Under the pieces are notes generated by a model, which did not search any database, was not told the DNA's origin, and saw only the letters and a list, made by a program, of their open reading frames with translations. Below are positions 38,079 through 47,945 of a stretch of 64,000 nt of DNA, piece by piece. Numbering within the stretch: position 1 is the first letter of the stretch; each line of letters begins with the position of its first letter. The DNA is from an uncultured delta proteobacterium (GTDB lineage: Bacteria; Desulfobacterota; Desulfuromonadia; Geobacterales; Pseudopelobacteraceae), in contig CAVYYZ010000008.1 in NCBI GenBank assembly GCA_963772835.1, positions 288,001 to 352,000 on the forward strand, in the 5' to 3' direction. The translations under genes were made by a program, and so were the position numbers.

Positions 38079-39618
38079 ATGGTGCAGACAAAGCTGCTAT
38101 TGACGGTTTGTGCTCCGGAACGATTCTGAGCACCTCCGCATAGAACCCCTTCCCTTTTTTTATCCTGCCCATTTCGGTATAAAGATCTCCCAGAAGAAAC
38201 CACCCCCATGGATTTTTCGGCTGCACGGCCATAATTTCCAGAAATTCTATTTCGGCCTTATTGTAATCCTTCCGCTGACGGTACCACTCTCCTGCAATTA
38301 TATTTGTGGTGTAGCAGAATCCGAGACGTTTTTTCTGGCGATTAAAGCGTTCCGGATCGTCCTGAATGTTTTTCGTCAACTCCTTCAAAAGGAGTGCAGA
38401 TGTACAGCCAGGTGTGGGTACAGCATATAGAGCCGCTTGAAGAGATTCTGTAAAAATTCCGGTAGTGGTGGCTCCGGATGCCACTGCGTCGTTATAAAGC
38501 TTTGTGCCAGGATAATAGGCAAGCGGTGAGACATAGCCGTCATCGGGATGAATGTGGCGGATAAGTTCAAGAGTCTGCTTGATGTCATCGCTGGTCTCTC
38601 CGGGGACATCGCTGATCAGATAAATTGAAAGATTTATGCCGATTTCTCGAATCAACGAACAAGCCTGCTTAATCTGGGCCGGGACGATATTTTTGCCAAG
38701 TTGTTGAAGAATATGCGGGGATCCCGATTCAACACCGAGCTGAATGCATTCGCAACCTGCCCGTTTCATGGCGATTGCCAGATCTTCGTCAATAGCTGAG
38801 ACGCGCGATTGGCAGTTCCAGAGGATGGTGACATCCAGCTTCTGCAGTAATGAGCAAAATTCTAAAACTCTCTTCCGGTCAGCCGTAAAGGTGTCATCAC
38901 GAATCGAAAAGTAGATCAATCCATAGTTTTTACGAATAAACTGAATCTCTTCAACAATCGCTGCCGGTGAGCGGAACCGAACTTTTCTTCCCCAAAAATC
39001 AGGCGAGCTGCAGAAGTAGCAGGTGGATGGACATCCTCGAGTTGTTACGATAAACTCGGATTGCATTTCCAGATCTACGCCAACCGAATATGTAAGGTAC
39101 CGTGCTGGAAGCGGCAGGCTATCAAGATTTTCGAGGTTTTTTCGAGGTGGGGTGACCACGATAGTGTCGTTACAACGAAATGCCAGTCCGGATATGCGAT
39201 GCCATTCCGATTTTGGTGTAACCCGTGCAACCAATTCCAGCAGAGTTGATTCAGCCTCGCCACGAATGACGACATCCACCGGCGAACCTTTGCACAATAT
39301 ATCTTCATAACAGAAGGTTGCGTGCGCCCCTCCCATCACAATTGTGCATTCCGGGAGGAGGTCTCGGCAGATCCGGGCCAGTTTCAGTGACATGTGTCGA
39401 TTGTGGGTCCATTGGGAAATGCCTATCAAATCCGGTTTGGAGTTCAGTAATTCCTGCTTGATTCTTGATGGTTGCCAGGCAGAAAAGTTTACCAGAATCG
39501 AGTCATATCCGGCCTCCTGTAAACAGGCGTGCAGATAGCACAAACCGGTCGGTACAAGACTTATATAAGGGTCGTTGCGGTGAGATAATCCGGAATGGTA
39601 GGCGAGCAGGATTTTCAT
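38077..39618 (-). CDS. B12-binding radical SAM protein with a C-terminal TPR
   Basis: PTGLCYL..VMGGAHAT B12 domain, RGCPSTCYFC (CxxxCxxC), GVESGS, TPR-like tail. Confidence 0.88.
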   Translation of the reverse strand: MKILLAYHSGLSHRNDPYISLVPTGLCYLHACLQEAGYDSILVNFSAWQPSRIKQELLNSKPDLIGISQWTHNRHMSLKLARICRDLLPECTIVMGGAHATFCYEDILCKGSPVDVVIRGEAESTLLELVARVTPKSEWHRISGLAFRCNDTIVVTPPRKNLENLDSLPLPARYLTYSVGVDLEMQSEFIVTTRGCPSTCYFCSSPDFWGRKVRFRSPAAIVEEIQFIRKNYGLIYFSIRDDTFTADRKRVLEFCSLLQKLDVTILWNCQSRVSAIDEDLAIAMKRAGCECIQLGVESGSPHILQQLGKNIVPAQIKQACSLIREIGINLSIYLISDVPGETSDDIKQTLELIRHIHPDDGYVSPLAYYPGTKLYNDAVASGATTTGIFTESLQAALYAVPTPGCTSALLLKELTKNIQDDPERFNRQKKRLGFCYTTNIIAGEWYRQRKDYNKAEIEFLEIMAVQPKNPWGWFLLGDLYTEMGRIKKGKGFYAEVLRIVPEHKPSIAALSAP

Positions 39619-39622
39619 GAAG

Positions 39623-39651
39623 AAAAAAAATCCGGGTCAAACGACCCGGAT
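39623..39651 (-). terminator. Intrinsic terminator after the LysM-NlpC/P60 gene
   Basis: atccgggtc-gttt-gacccggat followed by a T run on the minus strand. Confidence 0.7.
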
Positions 39652-39681
39652 GCGGTAGGGATTCGGTACGTGTGACAGGTG

Positions 39682-40710
39682 CTATTTTGCAAGGTTAAAT
39701 GACACTCCAAGAGTATCATTTGTCATAATATCATTGTCATTTTCCTCTTCAATGCCTAGAAGTAATTCACTGAAATTGATGGCGTCTGAGGATGTATTTG
39801 TCATACGTCGCGCTCCAAGATACCGGGACAGGTAGTATGGTGTGTCCATGGATGAAATGACAACACGATGTTCATGTGAAGAGGCGTGGATCATCTTGCG
39901 GTTGCCAAGATAAATTCCCACATGTGACGGGAATCGGGCATAGGTCTGGAAGAAGACGAGATCACCTTTTTTCAGGTCACCGCGCACGACCTCATCACCA
40001 ACTTGAAATTGCTCCCGGGCAGTTCGGGGTAGTTTTACGCTCTGTTCACGAAAAACCTGTTGTGTGAAGCTGGAACAGTCAAGAGAGTTGCGACTGCTGC
40101 CCCCAAAACGGTAGCGTGCGCCGAGAAAACTGTAGGCACTCTTTTTAAGTTTGCTGATAGCCTGATTAGCTTCCAGCGTTTTAGCCAGGTCAACCGGTCG
40201 ATCCGACTCAAGGTCGGTCAACTCAGCCAGAGTGTCAGTCAATTCCTGCTCATTTAAAAGATCTTTGTTAATAAGCTGCAGTCTGTTTGTGCTGACGGAA
40301 CGAGTGGTTGTCTCAGCAGCCACAAGAGCCAGTACCTGGCCGGACTTGATCCTGTTACCTTTCAGACCGTTCAGTTTTTTGAGATCCGATACCTTTATAC
40401 CGGTTTTTTTGGCAATTTTAGGGAGCGTATCACCTTTGGAAACTTTATAGGTATCAGGGCGCGTTGAAGATGTGTTTTTCTTTTGGGGAGATTCAGCGTG
40501 TGATGGGACTATCAGCCGTGTACCTTTGGCAACTCGGGAAGCAGTCAGATTGTTGACTTTTTTAAGTTCACCCATAGAAACATGGTATCTATTGGCAATC
40601 GATTGCAGAGATTCATTTTTACGCACTATATGAGATTTTGATGCAAGAACGAGCTGAGGAGATATCAGGAGTATGAGGCAGATCGCAACAGCGATACGAA
40701 TATGGGCCAT
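39682..40710 (-). CDS. LysM x2 plus NlpC/P60 peptidoglycan endopeptidase
   Basis: Signal peptide, two LysM repeats, Y.FGG..LDCSSF, LPRTA, HVGIYLG..MIHAS. Confidence 0.92.
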   Translation of the reverse strand: MAHIRIAVAICLILLISPQLVLASKSHIVRKNESLQSIANRYHVSMGELKKVNNLTASRVAKGTRLIVPSHAESPQKKNTSSTRPDTYKVSKGDTLPKIAKKTGIKVSDLKKLNGLKGNRIKSGQVLALVAAETTTRSVSTNRLQLINKDLLNEQELTDTLAELTDLESDRPVDLAKTLEANQAISKLKKSAYSFLGARYRFGGSSRNSLDCSSFTQQVFREQSVKLPRTAREQFQVGDEVVRGDLKKGDLVFFQTYARFPSHVGIYLGNRKMIHASSHEHRVVISSMDTPYYLSRYLGARRMTNTSSDAINFSELLLGIEEENDNDIMTNDTLGVSFNLAK

Positions 40711-40751
40711 GTTCCCTCCGGTTTGTTTTAATTTTGATAAAGAAGGCTTGG

Positions 40752-40780
40752 TTTATATAACACCCAATTCGAAAAGTCAA
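40752..40780 (-). promoter_or_regulatory. Putative sigma70 promoter of the LysM-NlpC/P60 gene
   Basis: TTGACT-17 nt-TATAAA on the minus strand, ~40 nt upstream of the start. Confidence 0.5.
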
Positions 40781-40832
40781 TCCCTGTTACATATAATCTG
40801 GCGGCAGTATCTAAAAAACGTGGGCTGATAGC

Positions 40833-42251
40833 CTACTGATGATGTCTACTTCGAGCAGCAAGTTTTATTGTTACGGGAGCGTCCCGAAGTACAGATACCT
40901 GTCTTTCCGGCAATCGTAGATTCCTAAGGAATTCTTTTCCCTTTTTTAACTGGCTCGCGTCGATGTCTTCAGTCGCAACAGATACTACCTGTGAAACCTG
41001 ACTGGCGGGGCCCTCTACATCGACCGTGGCAGGCTCGCAGAATACGTTCGAAGATGAAAGCCCTGGCGGAAATTTTCCTTTAAGAGATACTATTACCGGT
41101 ACGTTTTTGCGCAGTTTTTTTTCTGCCGATACCCGGACGCTGGAAGGCACTACCGACGTAATGACCATACCGGGTGGAGCCGCAATGTCTGCATGACTTA
41201 TTCTCAGAGTGGTGGTCCCTTCCAAAATTCCCGATGCATCAACTTCTGCAGTCAGATCAAGCTTTGAAGGTGGTGGAGCCAGGCTTGACAAAGCTTTTAT
41301 CTGAACGGTTACGTCTTCAGGGAGTGTTCGAAGCAGTATTATGCCTTCAGGAACACCATGCAGTCTCACGGGGGCCGTGACTGTAGCGATCAGTCCCTGA
41401 CGGGTTGTTATCAGCACCCAGAAAAAGCACACACCAAGCAGAAGAAAAAGCTTCGGAAACAGATTTGAAAAAACGCGCTGTTTCAGTGTGATGCGGGGCT
41501 TTTCATTTTCACTTCTCAGTAGTTCATCCAACGCCAAAATCAGTTCTGAGGGGGTGGTCATGCGTCGAAATGTTCCGGCGGTTACCAGAGAAATTTCACC
41601 GCGCTCCTCAGAGATGGCTACAATAACGGCATCGCTCCGCTCCGACAATCCGAGCGCTGCCCGGTGACGGGTGCCCAGTTGCTGTGGGACATCCGGACTG
41701 ACCGAGAGTGGTAGATGGCAGGCCGCTTTTTCAATCCTGCCGTTATTGATAAGTGCCGCGCCATCATGAAATGGCGCGCCATCATAGAAGATTGACTCAA
41801 GCATCTGGGGGGAAATTTCACTGTTGATTACTATCCCGTTTGTCATCAGGTCTTGCAAAGATTCTTTGCCCTGAAAAACAATCAGTGCCCCGGTCTTATT
41901 GGCTGCCATCCGGAAAAGGGTCTCGGCAATATCCTGAAATTGACCGTGCTGCGTTTTCTCGCGGTTATCAAGAATATGACGCAGCAGACTGAATCGATAC
42001 AACGCCTGCCGGATCTCGGTCTGAAATACGACGATGATGAGTATGATCAGCACGGTGCCAAGTTCCTGAAGCACCCAGCTTGTCATATACAGATCAAGGA
42101 ATCGGGTCGCAAAATAGATAAGGGTTACCACTCCAAGTCCGAGCAGCACCTGAATAGCCCGTGTCCCGCGAAACCAGGAATAAAGCTGGTAGAGCAGAAA
42201 GGTCATAATAAATATGTCTGCAATATCCTGAATGCGGATGTTTGGTATCAC
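40833..42251 (-). CDS. cdaA: Diadenylate cyclase CdaA (3 TM plus DAC) fused to YbbR/CdaR repeats
   Basis: 3 TM, FQTEIRQAL, catalytic DGA (FHDGA) and RHR (GTRHRAALG), SEERG, then a TM and YbbR-like beta repeats; GTG after AGGAG. Confidence 0.88.
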   Translation of the reverse strand: MIPNIRIQDIADIFIMTFLLYQLYSWFRGTRAIQVLLGLGVVTLIYFATRFLDLYMTSWVLQELGTVLIILIIVVFQTEIRQALYRFSLLRHILDNREKTQHGQFQDIAETLFRMAANKTGALIVFQGKESLQDLMTNGIVINSEISPQMLESIFYDGAPFHDGAALINNGRIEKAACHLPLSVSPDVPQQLGTRHRAALGLSERSDAVIVAISEERGEISLVTAGTFRRMTTPSELILALDELLRSENEKPRITLKQRVFSNLFPKLFLLLGVCFFWVLITTRQGLIATVTAPVRLHGVPEGIILLRTLPEDVTVQIKALSSLAPPPSKLDLTAEVDASGILEGTTTLRISHADIAAPPGMVITSVVPSSVRVSAEKKLRKNVPVIVSLKGKFPPGLSSSNVFCEPATVDVEGPASQVSQVVSVATEDIDASQLKKGKEFLRNLRLPERQVSVLRDAPVTIKLAARSRHHQ

Positions 42252-42368
42252 TATGTGGTGGCTCCTGAATATGGCGGGTCGTTTTTGCTGGTTAATGGCA
42301 TGCAATTTATGCTACACAAACAGACAGTTTTTATAACATTTAAATCCGTAAAAAGGTAGTGGAAACGA

Positions 42369-43079
42369 ATGTTCAGGCTTTCTGATAAAGGGGAAAAAAT
42401 CCAGCAGATGTTCGGTGCAATTGCCCCCCGGTATGATTTTCTTAATCGACTGCTTAGTTTTGGTATCGACCGGCGCTGGAGAACAAAAGCCGTACGATTG
42501 CTTAAATACCGTGAGGGTTCACGTATTCTTGATGTGGCTACCGGTACCGGTGATGTAGCCCTGGAAATTGCTCTCCGGACACCTGATTCGGTCAAGATTA
42601 CCGGAGCTGATTTTTGCAAGGAAATGGTTGATCTTGGGGCCGTGAAGGTGGCAGCATCACCTTATGCCTCCAGGATTGACCTCAAGGTTGCTCCATGTGA
42701 GGATCTGCCATTCGCGAATAATACCTTTGACTCGATTACAATTGCATTTGGCATTAGAAATGTCGTTGACAGAAAGCTGGGACTCGCTGAGATGTGGAGG
42801 GTTCTGCGGCCCGGTGGCCGGATGATTATACTCGAGTTTTCCACGCCGCGTTCGCTGCTGTTCAGGCAATTGTATTATTTTTATTTCCGTCGTCTGCTGC
42901 CTGTTGTCGGGGGGGTGTTTTCACGGTACAACGCCTACAAGTACCTGCCTGACTCTGTCCTTGAATTTCCTTCACAGGAGGAATTTTCGCGCATGATTGC
43001 CGAAGCCGGATTTCGCAACATCCACCTGCATGATCTGACCTTTGGCATCGCCACAATCTACGTTGGAGAGAAAGAGTAG
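42369..43079 (+). CDS. ubiE: Demethylmenaquinone/ubiquinone methyltransferase
   Basis: MFGAIAPRYDFLNRLLSFG, LDVATGTGD, FGIRNV, LRPGG. Confidence 0.93.
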   Translation: MFRLSDKGEKIQQMFGAIAPRYDFLNRLLSFGIDRRWRTKAVRLLKYREGSRILDVATGTGDVALEIALRTPDSVKITGADFCKEMVDLGAVKVAASPYASRIDLKVAPCEDLPFANNTFDSITIAFGIRNVVDRKLGLAEMWRVLRPGGRMIILEFSTPRSLLFRQLYYFYFRRLLPVVGGVFSRYNAYKYLPDSVLEFPSQEEFSRMIAEAGFRNIHLHDLTFGIATIYVGEKE

Positions 43080-43158
43080 TAATTGTGTTGTGGTTATTGT
43101 TGGTCCGGGACCAAAATAACGGTTCTTCTGCCGTCTTTCTGGCCTCGCATAACCGGCA

Positions 43159-43641
43159 TTATTTTCCGCAGCACTTTTTGTGTTTAAGACCGCTTCCGCA
43201 CATGCACGGATCGTTGCGACCTACCTTAATTACAGCCAGCGGTTTCTGACGGACCATGCGGCCTTCAGTAAAATACCAACGATCATCTTTTCGCTTGAAT
43301 TGCCCCGCTTCATGATGTTCGCGTGTTTCGCCCTTTTCTATGAAGCGTGCGATGAATTCTACTTCACCGACTGAATCATCTGCCTTCCCCCCTCTTGTTC
43401 CGATGATTTCAAGACTCTGCCATTCGGCAGTCTCTGCCCACTCTTTGGTGCCGGAGTGATCGTAATCCAGGCGGCTGTCAGGATGGGTGCTTTCAAAAAT
43501 AAAATCCATCTTGGCCAAAACGTATGCCGAATAACGGGCGCGCATAAGTTGTTCCGCCGTACGTGCCGTCCGGTCGCCGGATATGATCTCTTCGCAGCAT
43601 TCGGATAAGGGGATGCCGCTTCCGCATGGACATATAGTCAT
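43159..43641 (-). CDS. ychJ: YchJ / SEC-C motif protein
   Basis: [41 protein letters not shown]. Confidence 0.9.
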   Translation of the reverse strand: MTICPCGSGIPLSECCEEIISGDRTARTAEQLMRARYSAYVLAKMDFIFESTHPDSRLDYDHSGTKEWAETAEWQSLEIIGTRGGKADDSVGEVEFIARFIEKGETREHHEAGQFKRKDDRWYFTEGRMVRQKPLAVIKVGRNDPCMCGSGLKHKKCCGK

Positions 43642-43836
43642 AGTTGTTGCTCCTTAATTGATTGGCTCTGCGCACCGCATTTAAACAGGGTACAGCATGG
43701 CAGGTAATTTGGTTACATATTTCAATCACATTTGTCAAATACATATTCACTACGTATTCAAAATAAGTCTTGAATGACGTCTATGATTCCTGTATTTATA
43801 GCTGTTCACAAAAACTTAGCCAGAGCGAGGGTGAGT

Positions 43837-44064
43837 ATGAAAATACCGAGCATCGAATTGCTGCTGCAGGCCCCATTGACAGCGCATGAAACGCGGTGGG
43901 CAAGCGAAATTGCAGACAAACTGCCTGATGACGTTGATTTGACGTTTGAGGAGTCAAAAATATTGACCAGACTTTCAATCAGGGAGTGGCCGGCCGCTCT
44001 CCTGCACAAAGTAAAAGACGTCATTGATGTCGAGGATTTTCTGATTGATGATCCTGAAGAATAG
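43837..44064 (+). CDS. Small acidic hypothetical protein
   Basis: GAGG RBS before ATG 43837; 75-aa ORF filling an intergenic gap. Confidence 0.55.
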   Translation: MKIPSIELLLQAPLTAHETRWASEIADKLPDDVDLTFEESKILTRLSIREWPAALLHKVKDVIDVEDFLIDDPEE

Positions 44065-44119
44065 TCTGCAGTGCCATATGTCGGACCACGGAACGACACA
44101 AACAAAGGAGTGCCGCAGT

Positions 44120-45205
44120 TTGAAATTTTCACAGAGAATATATGCCGCATCATTACTGATAACCTTCGTGCTCACATTTTCCGCGTGTACTGACGGAAGA
44201 GACGGCTCTTCGGGGGTAAAGAACCGTAATGAAGCTGAGCTTCGGGCAGCTGAAGCTGTCTTTGCAGCAACGACTACTGCTACCAGAAAGGCTGCAGCTT
44301 TTGCAGCCCAGACCAGTGCCGCCCGCAAATCAGCCCCAATAATAAAGTACAATGCCGGAGAGAGTCCGGATTTTGCCAAACAATGCGGCTGGCCGGTCAA
44401 TTGTTCTCCCGCGCTACCAGGAGCGATCCTGCCTTCTAAGCGTATTGTCGCTTACTATGGTAATCCGCTTTCGAAGAAGATGGGTGCACTTGGTGAATTT
44501 CCCAAGGATGAGATGCTGCAGCGCCTGAAGGGCGAGGTAGCCAAGTGGCAGGCGGCTGATCCGGCCACACCGGTACAGCCCGCATTGCATCTGATTGCAG
44601 TCGTGGCACAGGGCGCGCCCGGCAACGATGGTAAGTACCGGATGATCATGCCGGACAAAATTGTCAATCAGGTGTATGGCTGGGCCAAAGAAGCCGGTGC
44701 GATCATGTTTATCGATATCCAGACAGGTCATGACGATATCCGGGCGGTACTGCCGCGCTTCGAGTGGATTCTGAAAAACCCTGACGTACACCTGGGGATA
44801 GATCCCGAGTTCAATCTGATAAAGAGCGGGAAAAAGCCGGGTACAAAGATCGGTTCTTACGATGCCGCCGATATCAACTACGTTTCCGGATATCTGCAAG
44901 ATCTGATCAAGAAGTATAATCTGCCCCCCAAAGTGTTTACGGTCCACAGATTTACCCGTAACGGCGTCACTAACTCAAAACAGATAGTGCTGCGTCCCGA
45001 AGTGCAAATTGTCATGCATATGGATGGCTGGGGAGCCCCCTGGCTGAAACGCGATTCTTACAAGGAATACGTCGTTGCCGAGCCGGTGCAGTATACGGGG
45101 TTCAAGTTTTTTTATCACAACGACACAAAAAAAGGCGATCCGCTACTGACACCGCAGGAAGTGCTCAAGCTGAATCCGAAGCCGCTTTATATCCAGTATC
45201 AGTAG
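44120..45205 (+). CDS. Lipoprotein of unknown function
   Basis: AAGGAG RBS and TTG at 44120, lipobox FSAC, Ala-rich linker, globular domain (RIVAYYGNP, HLGIDPEF, HMDGWG). Confidence 0.75.
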   Translation: MKFSQRIYAASLLITFVLTFSACTDGRDGSSGVKNRNEAELRAAEAVFAATTTATRKAAAFAAQTSAARKSAPIIKYNAGESPDFAKQCGWPVNCSPALPGAILPSKRIVAYYGNPLSKKMGALGEFPKDEMLQRLKGEVAKWQAADPATPVQPALHLIAVVAQGAPGNDGKYRMIMPDKIVNQVYGWAKEAGAIMFIDIQTGHDDIRAVLPRFEWILKNPDVHLGIDPEFNLIKSGKKPGTKIGSYDAADINYVSGYLQDLIKKYNLPPKVFTVHRFTRNGVTNSKQIVLRPEVQIVMHMDGWGAPWLKRDSYKEYVVAEPVQYTGFKFFYHNDTKKGDPLLTPQEVLKLNPKPLYIQYQ

Positions 45206-45221
45206 TGGGACGTCACGCGGT

Positions 45222-46733
45222 ATGCTGCTCATATTTCCACCAGTTGCGAAAGCGTGTGAGCCGCCGGCCGGTATAGCTCGTCTGGCAGCCTCATTGCGGG
45301 CATACGACGTGCCGTGTCATCTGCTGGATGCCAATCTGGAAGGTCAACTCTGGCTTCTGGAGCACCCTCTGCCCGCTGCAGATACCTGGAGCCGGCGGGC
45401 AGTTAAGGGGAGTACGCAGAACCTTGTTTCTGTGCGGGACATGGCTGTCTACAAGAATCCTGACCGCTATCGCCGGGCGATTAGTGACATTAACCGGGTT
45501 CTTGCTATTTCCGCTGCCGATACAGATGTGACGATCGGGCTTGCCGACTACCGGCATTCCATTCTTTCGCCATTACGCAGTGCAGACCTGATTTCTGCGG
45601 CGCGGCAGTCGGAGCAGAATCCGTTTTTCCCGTATTTCAGCCAACGTCTTCCGGAGCTTCTCGCCGGTGTATTCACGGTTGGTATTTCGCTCAATTATCT
45701 CAGTCAGGCACTTTGTACTTTTGCCATGATCGGCTACCTCAGGAATACGTATCCAACAGTACGGATAGTTCTTGGCGGCGGTTTGGTAACCTCCTGGATG
45801 CAGCGTCCCGGATGGCGCAACCCTTTTGGAGACATGGTGGATCATCTGGTTTCAGGGGAAGGTGAGGGAGCGCTATTGACCCTTATGGGAAGCAGTGCCT
45901 CACCGACGAGCTTCGTTACCCCCGATTATACAGATCTGCCTCTAAAGGATTATTTTTCGCCCGGTCTGATCCTTCCCTACAGTGCCGGCAGTGGTTGCTA
46001 TTGGAACCGCTGTTCGTTCTGTCCTGAACGGGCCGAAGGAAATGCATACCACCCGGTTCCGCCCTCTCGTGTGCTGGCAGACCTGAAGTTTCTGATCGAA
46101 CAAACGGAGCCGGTTCTCATCCATCTTCTGGATAATGCCGTAAGTCCGGCGATGCTGAACGTTCTTACGGAAAGCCCTCCCGGAATCCCATGGTACGGTT
46201 TTGCCAGAATTGACGAACATCTGGCAAAACCCGAATTTTGTCGGGCCTTAAAGCTTTCCGGGTGCGTGATGCTCAAGCTTGGGCTGGAATCGGGCGACCA
46301 GAGTGTCCTTGACCGGATGCACAAGGGGGTTGATCTTGAACTGGCCTCGCAGGTGCTGAATAATCTTAAGGAAGCCGGAATTGCGGTTTACTGCTATTTG
46401 TTGTTCGGGACTCCGGGGGAAACGGTAGTAGAGGCTCGTCGGACCCTTGAATTTACAGCCCGCCACCATCAGGCGATCACTTTTCTTAACCTGGCGATAT
46501 TCAATATGCCGCTCTATGGAGACGAGGCTTCGGAATATGGAAATAAACCATTCTACGAAGGCGATCTTTCGCTCTACACCTCTTTCCGGCATCCCGGCGG
46601 CTGGGAACGCAAACATGTACGTCACTTTCTGGAGAATGAATTCAAGCGTGACCCGGACATAGCTGCAATAATCAGGAATGATCCTCCGTATTTCAGCTCA
46701 AATCACGCGGCGTTACTCTGTGGTATACAGTAA
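45222..46733 (+). CDS. Radical SAM protein with a B12-binding-like N-terminal region
   Basis: GCYWNRCSFC (CxxxCxxC), LGLESG, IVLGGG. Confidence 0.85.
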   Translation: MLLIFPPVAKACEPPAGIARLAASLRAYDVPCHLLDANLEGQLWLLEHPLPAADTWSRRAVKGSTQNLVSVRDMAVYKNPDRYRRAISDINRVLAISAADTDVTIGLADYRHSILSPLRSADLISAARQSEQNPFFPYFSQRLPELLAGVFTVGISLNYLSQALCTFAMIGYLRNTYPTVRIVLGGGLVTSWMQRPGWRNPFGDMVDHLVSGEGEGALLTLMGSSASPTSFVTPDYTDLPLKDYFSPGLILPYSAGSGCYWNRCSFCPERAEGNAYHPVPPSRVLADLKFLIEQTEPVLIHLLDNAVSPAMLNVLTESPPGIPWYGFARIDEHLAKPEFCRALKLSGCVMLKLGLESGDQSVLDRMHKGVDLELASQVLNNLKEAGIAVYCYLLFGTPGETVVEARRTLEFTARHHQAITFLNLAIFNMPLYGDEASEYGNKPFYEGDLSLYTSFRHPGGWERKHVRHFLENEFKRDPDIAAIIRNDPPYFSSNHAALLCGIQ

Positions 46734-46798
46734 ATATCACCTTAACTTTTTGAAGTTATTGTGTTATATAAGCCACACAACTGTTTGCGGGAGTCAGC

Positions 46799-47134
46799 AT
46801 GGAGATTTTTGGCGGTTTCGTGGTAATGATGAGTTTCATCAGCCTGTTCCTGGCGGTGGTCTGGTTGATCATGCCGTTTGTCGTGTTTGCGATCAAGGGG
46901 AAACAGGACCGGACGCTTGAAATCCTTGAATCGATAGAAAAACGACTGGCGGCCCTTGAGGACCGTATGAAACCGGTTGAGCCGGAGCAGAACAAAACTG
47001 ATCCGGCCGGACCCCGCACCGCTCCAGCCGAATCAACAATTGAATCATCACATGAACATCCGATTGAAAATGCAGTAACGCTGACTGAATCTGCAGCCGA
47101 GAAAAAGGATTCGGAAGCATCATCCGCTGAGTAA
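46799..47134 (+). CDS. Small membrane protein
   Basis: N-terminal TM segment, short coiled coil, acidic tail; GGAG RBS. Confidence 0.65.
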   Translation: MEIFGGFVVMMSFISLFLAVVWLIMPFVVFAIKGKQDRTLEILESIEKRLAALEDRMKPVEPEQNKTDPAGPRTAPAESTIESSHEHPIENAVTLTESAAEKKDSEASSAE

Positions 47135-47154
47135 GACGTAGAGGAGACAACAGA

Positions 47155-47922
47155 ATGTTGTTACGTGGGAAAAAAGTTGTAATTTTTGGTGTTGCAAACG
47201 ACAAAAGTATAGCCTGGGCGATCGCCCGGCTTTTTCATGAGCAGGGTGCCGAACTGGCGATTACCTATGCAGGCGAGGCCTTTGAAAAACGGGTCCGGCC
47301 ACTGGCAGATTCGATTGATGCCGCTGCCATTCTCCCCTGTAATGTTACCTGTGACGATGAGATAGGATCAGTATTCTCCGAACTGGGCAAGGTCTGGGAT
47401 GGTGTTGATATCATCATTCATGCGGTCGCTTTCGCAAACAAGGAAGAACTGAAGGGGACGATTTTAAATACTACGCGGGAAGGATTTGCCACTGCAATGG
47501 ACATAAGTGTCTACTCATTTCTGGCAATTATGAAAGCTGCTCATCCAATGATGCAGGGGAGAGGGGGGTCTGCACTTACTCTCAGTTATTACGGAGCAAT
47601 GAAGGTGTTCCCGAGCTACAATGTCATGGGCGTTGCCAAAGCAGCCCTTGAGTCATCTGTACGTTACCTGTCTGAGGCGCTCGGTCCCGAAGGTATCCGG
47701 GTCAACGCCATTTCCGCCGGCCCGATCCGTACTCTGGCGGCTGCAGGAGTCAACGGCTTCCACACTATTCTCAACCACGTCGAGTCCAAAGCCCCGCTGC
47801 GGCGAACCATAACCCAGGAAGATGTGGCCAATTCGTCGCTCTATCTCTGCAGCGACATGGCCAGCGGCGTCAGCGGTGAGATTCATTATGTTGACGGCGG
47901 GTACAATATAATTGGATTGTAG
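47155..47922 (+). CDS. fabI: Enoyl-ACP reductase
   Basis: GVANDKSIAWAIA, YNVMGVAKAALE, VNAISAGPIRTLAA. Confidence 0.95.
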   Translation: MLLRGKKVVIFGVANDKSIAWAIARLFHEQGAELAITYAGEAFEKRVRPLADSIDAAAILPCNVTCDDEIGSVFSELGKVWDGVDIIIHAVAFANKEELKGTILNTTREGFATAMDISVYSFLAIMKAAHPMMQGRGGSALTLSYYGAMKVFPSYNVMGVAKAALESSVRYLSEALGPEGIRVNAISAGPIRTLAAAGVNGFHTILNHVESKAPLRRTITQEDVANSSLYLCSDMASGVSGEIHYVDGGYNIIGL

Positions 47923-47945
47923 CGTGGAGTTATCCCATTAAAGAA

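Noticed and set aside
40711..40832. c-di-AMP (ydaO) riboswitch between cdaA and the NlpC/P60 gene
   Set aside because: The gap is short, is accounted for by a sigma70 promoter, and has no ydaO consensus
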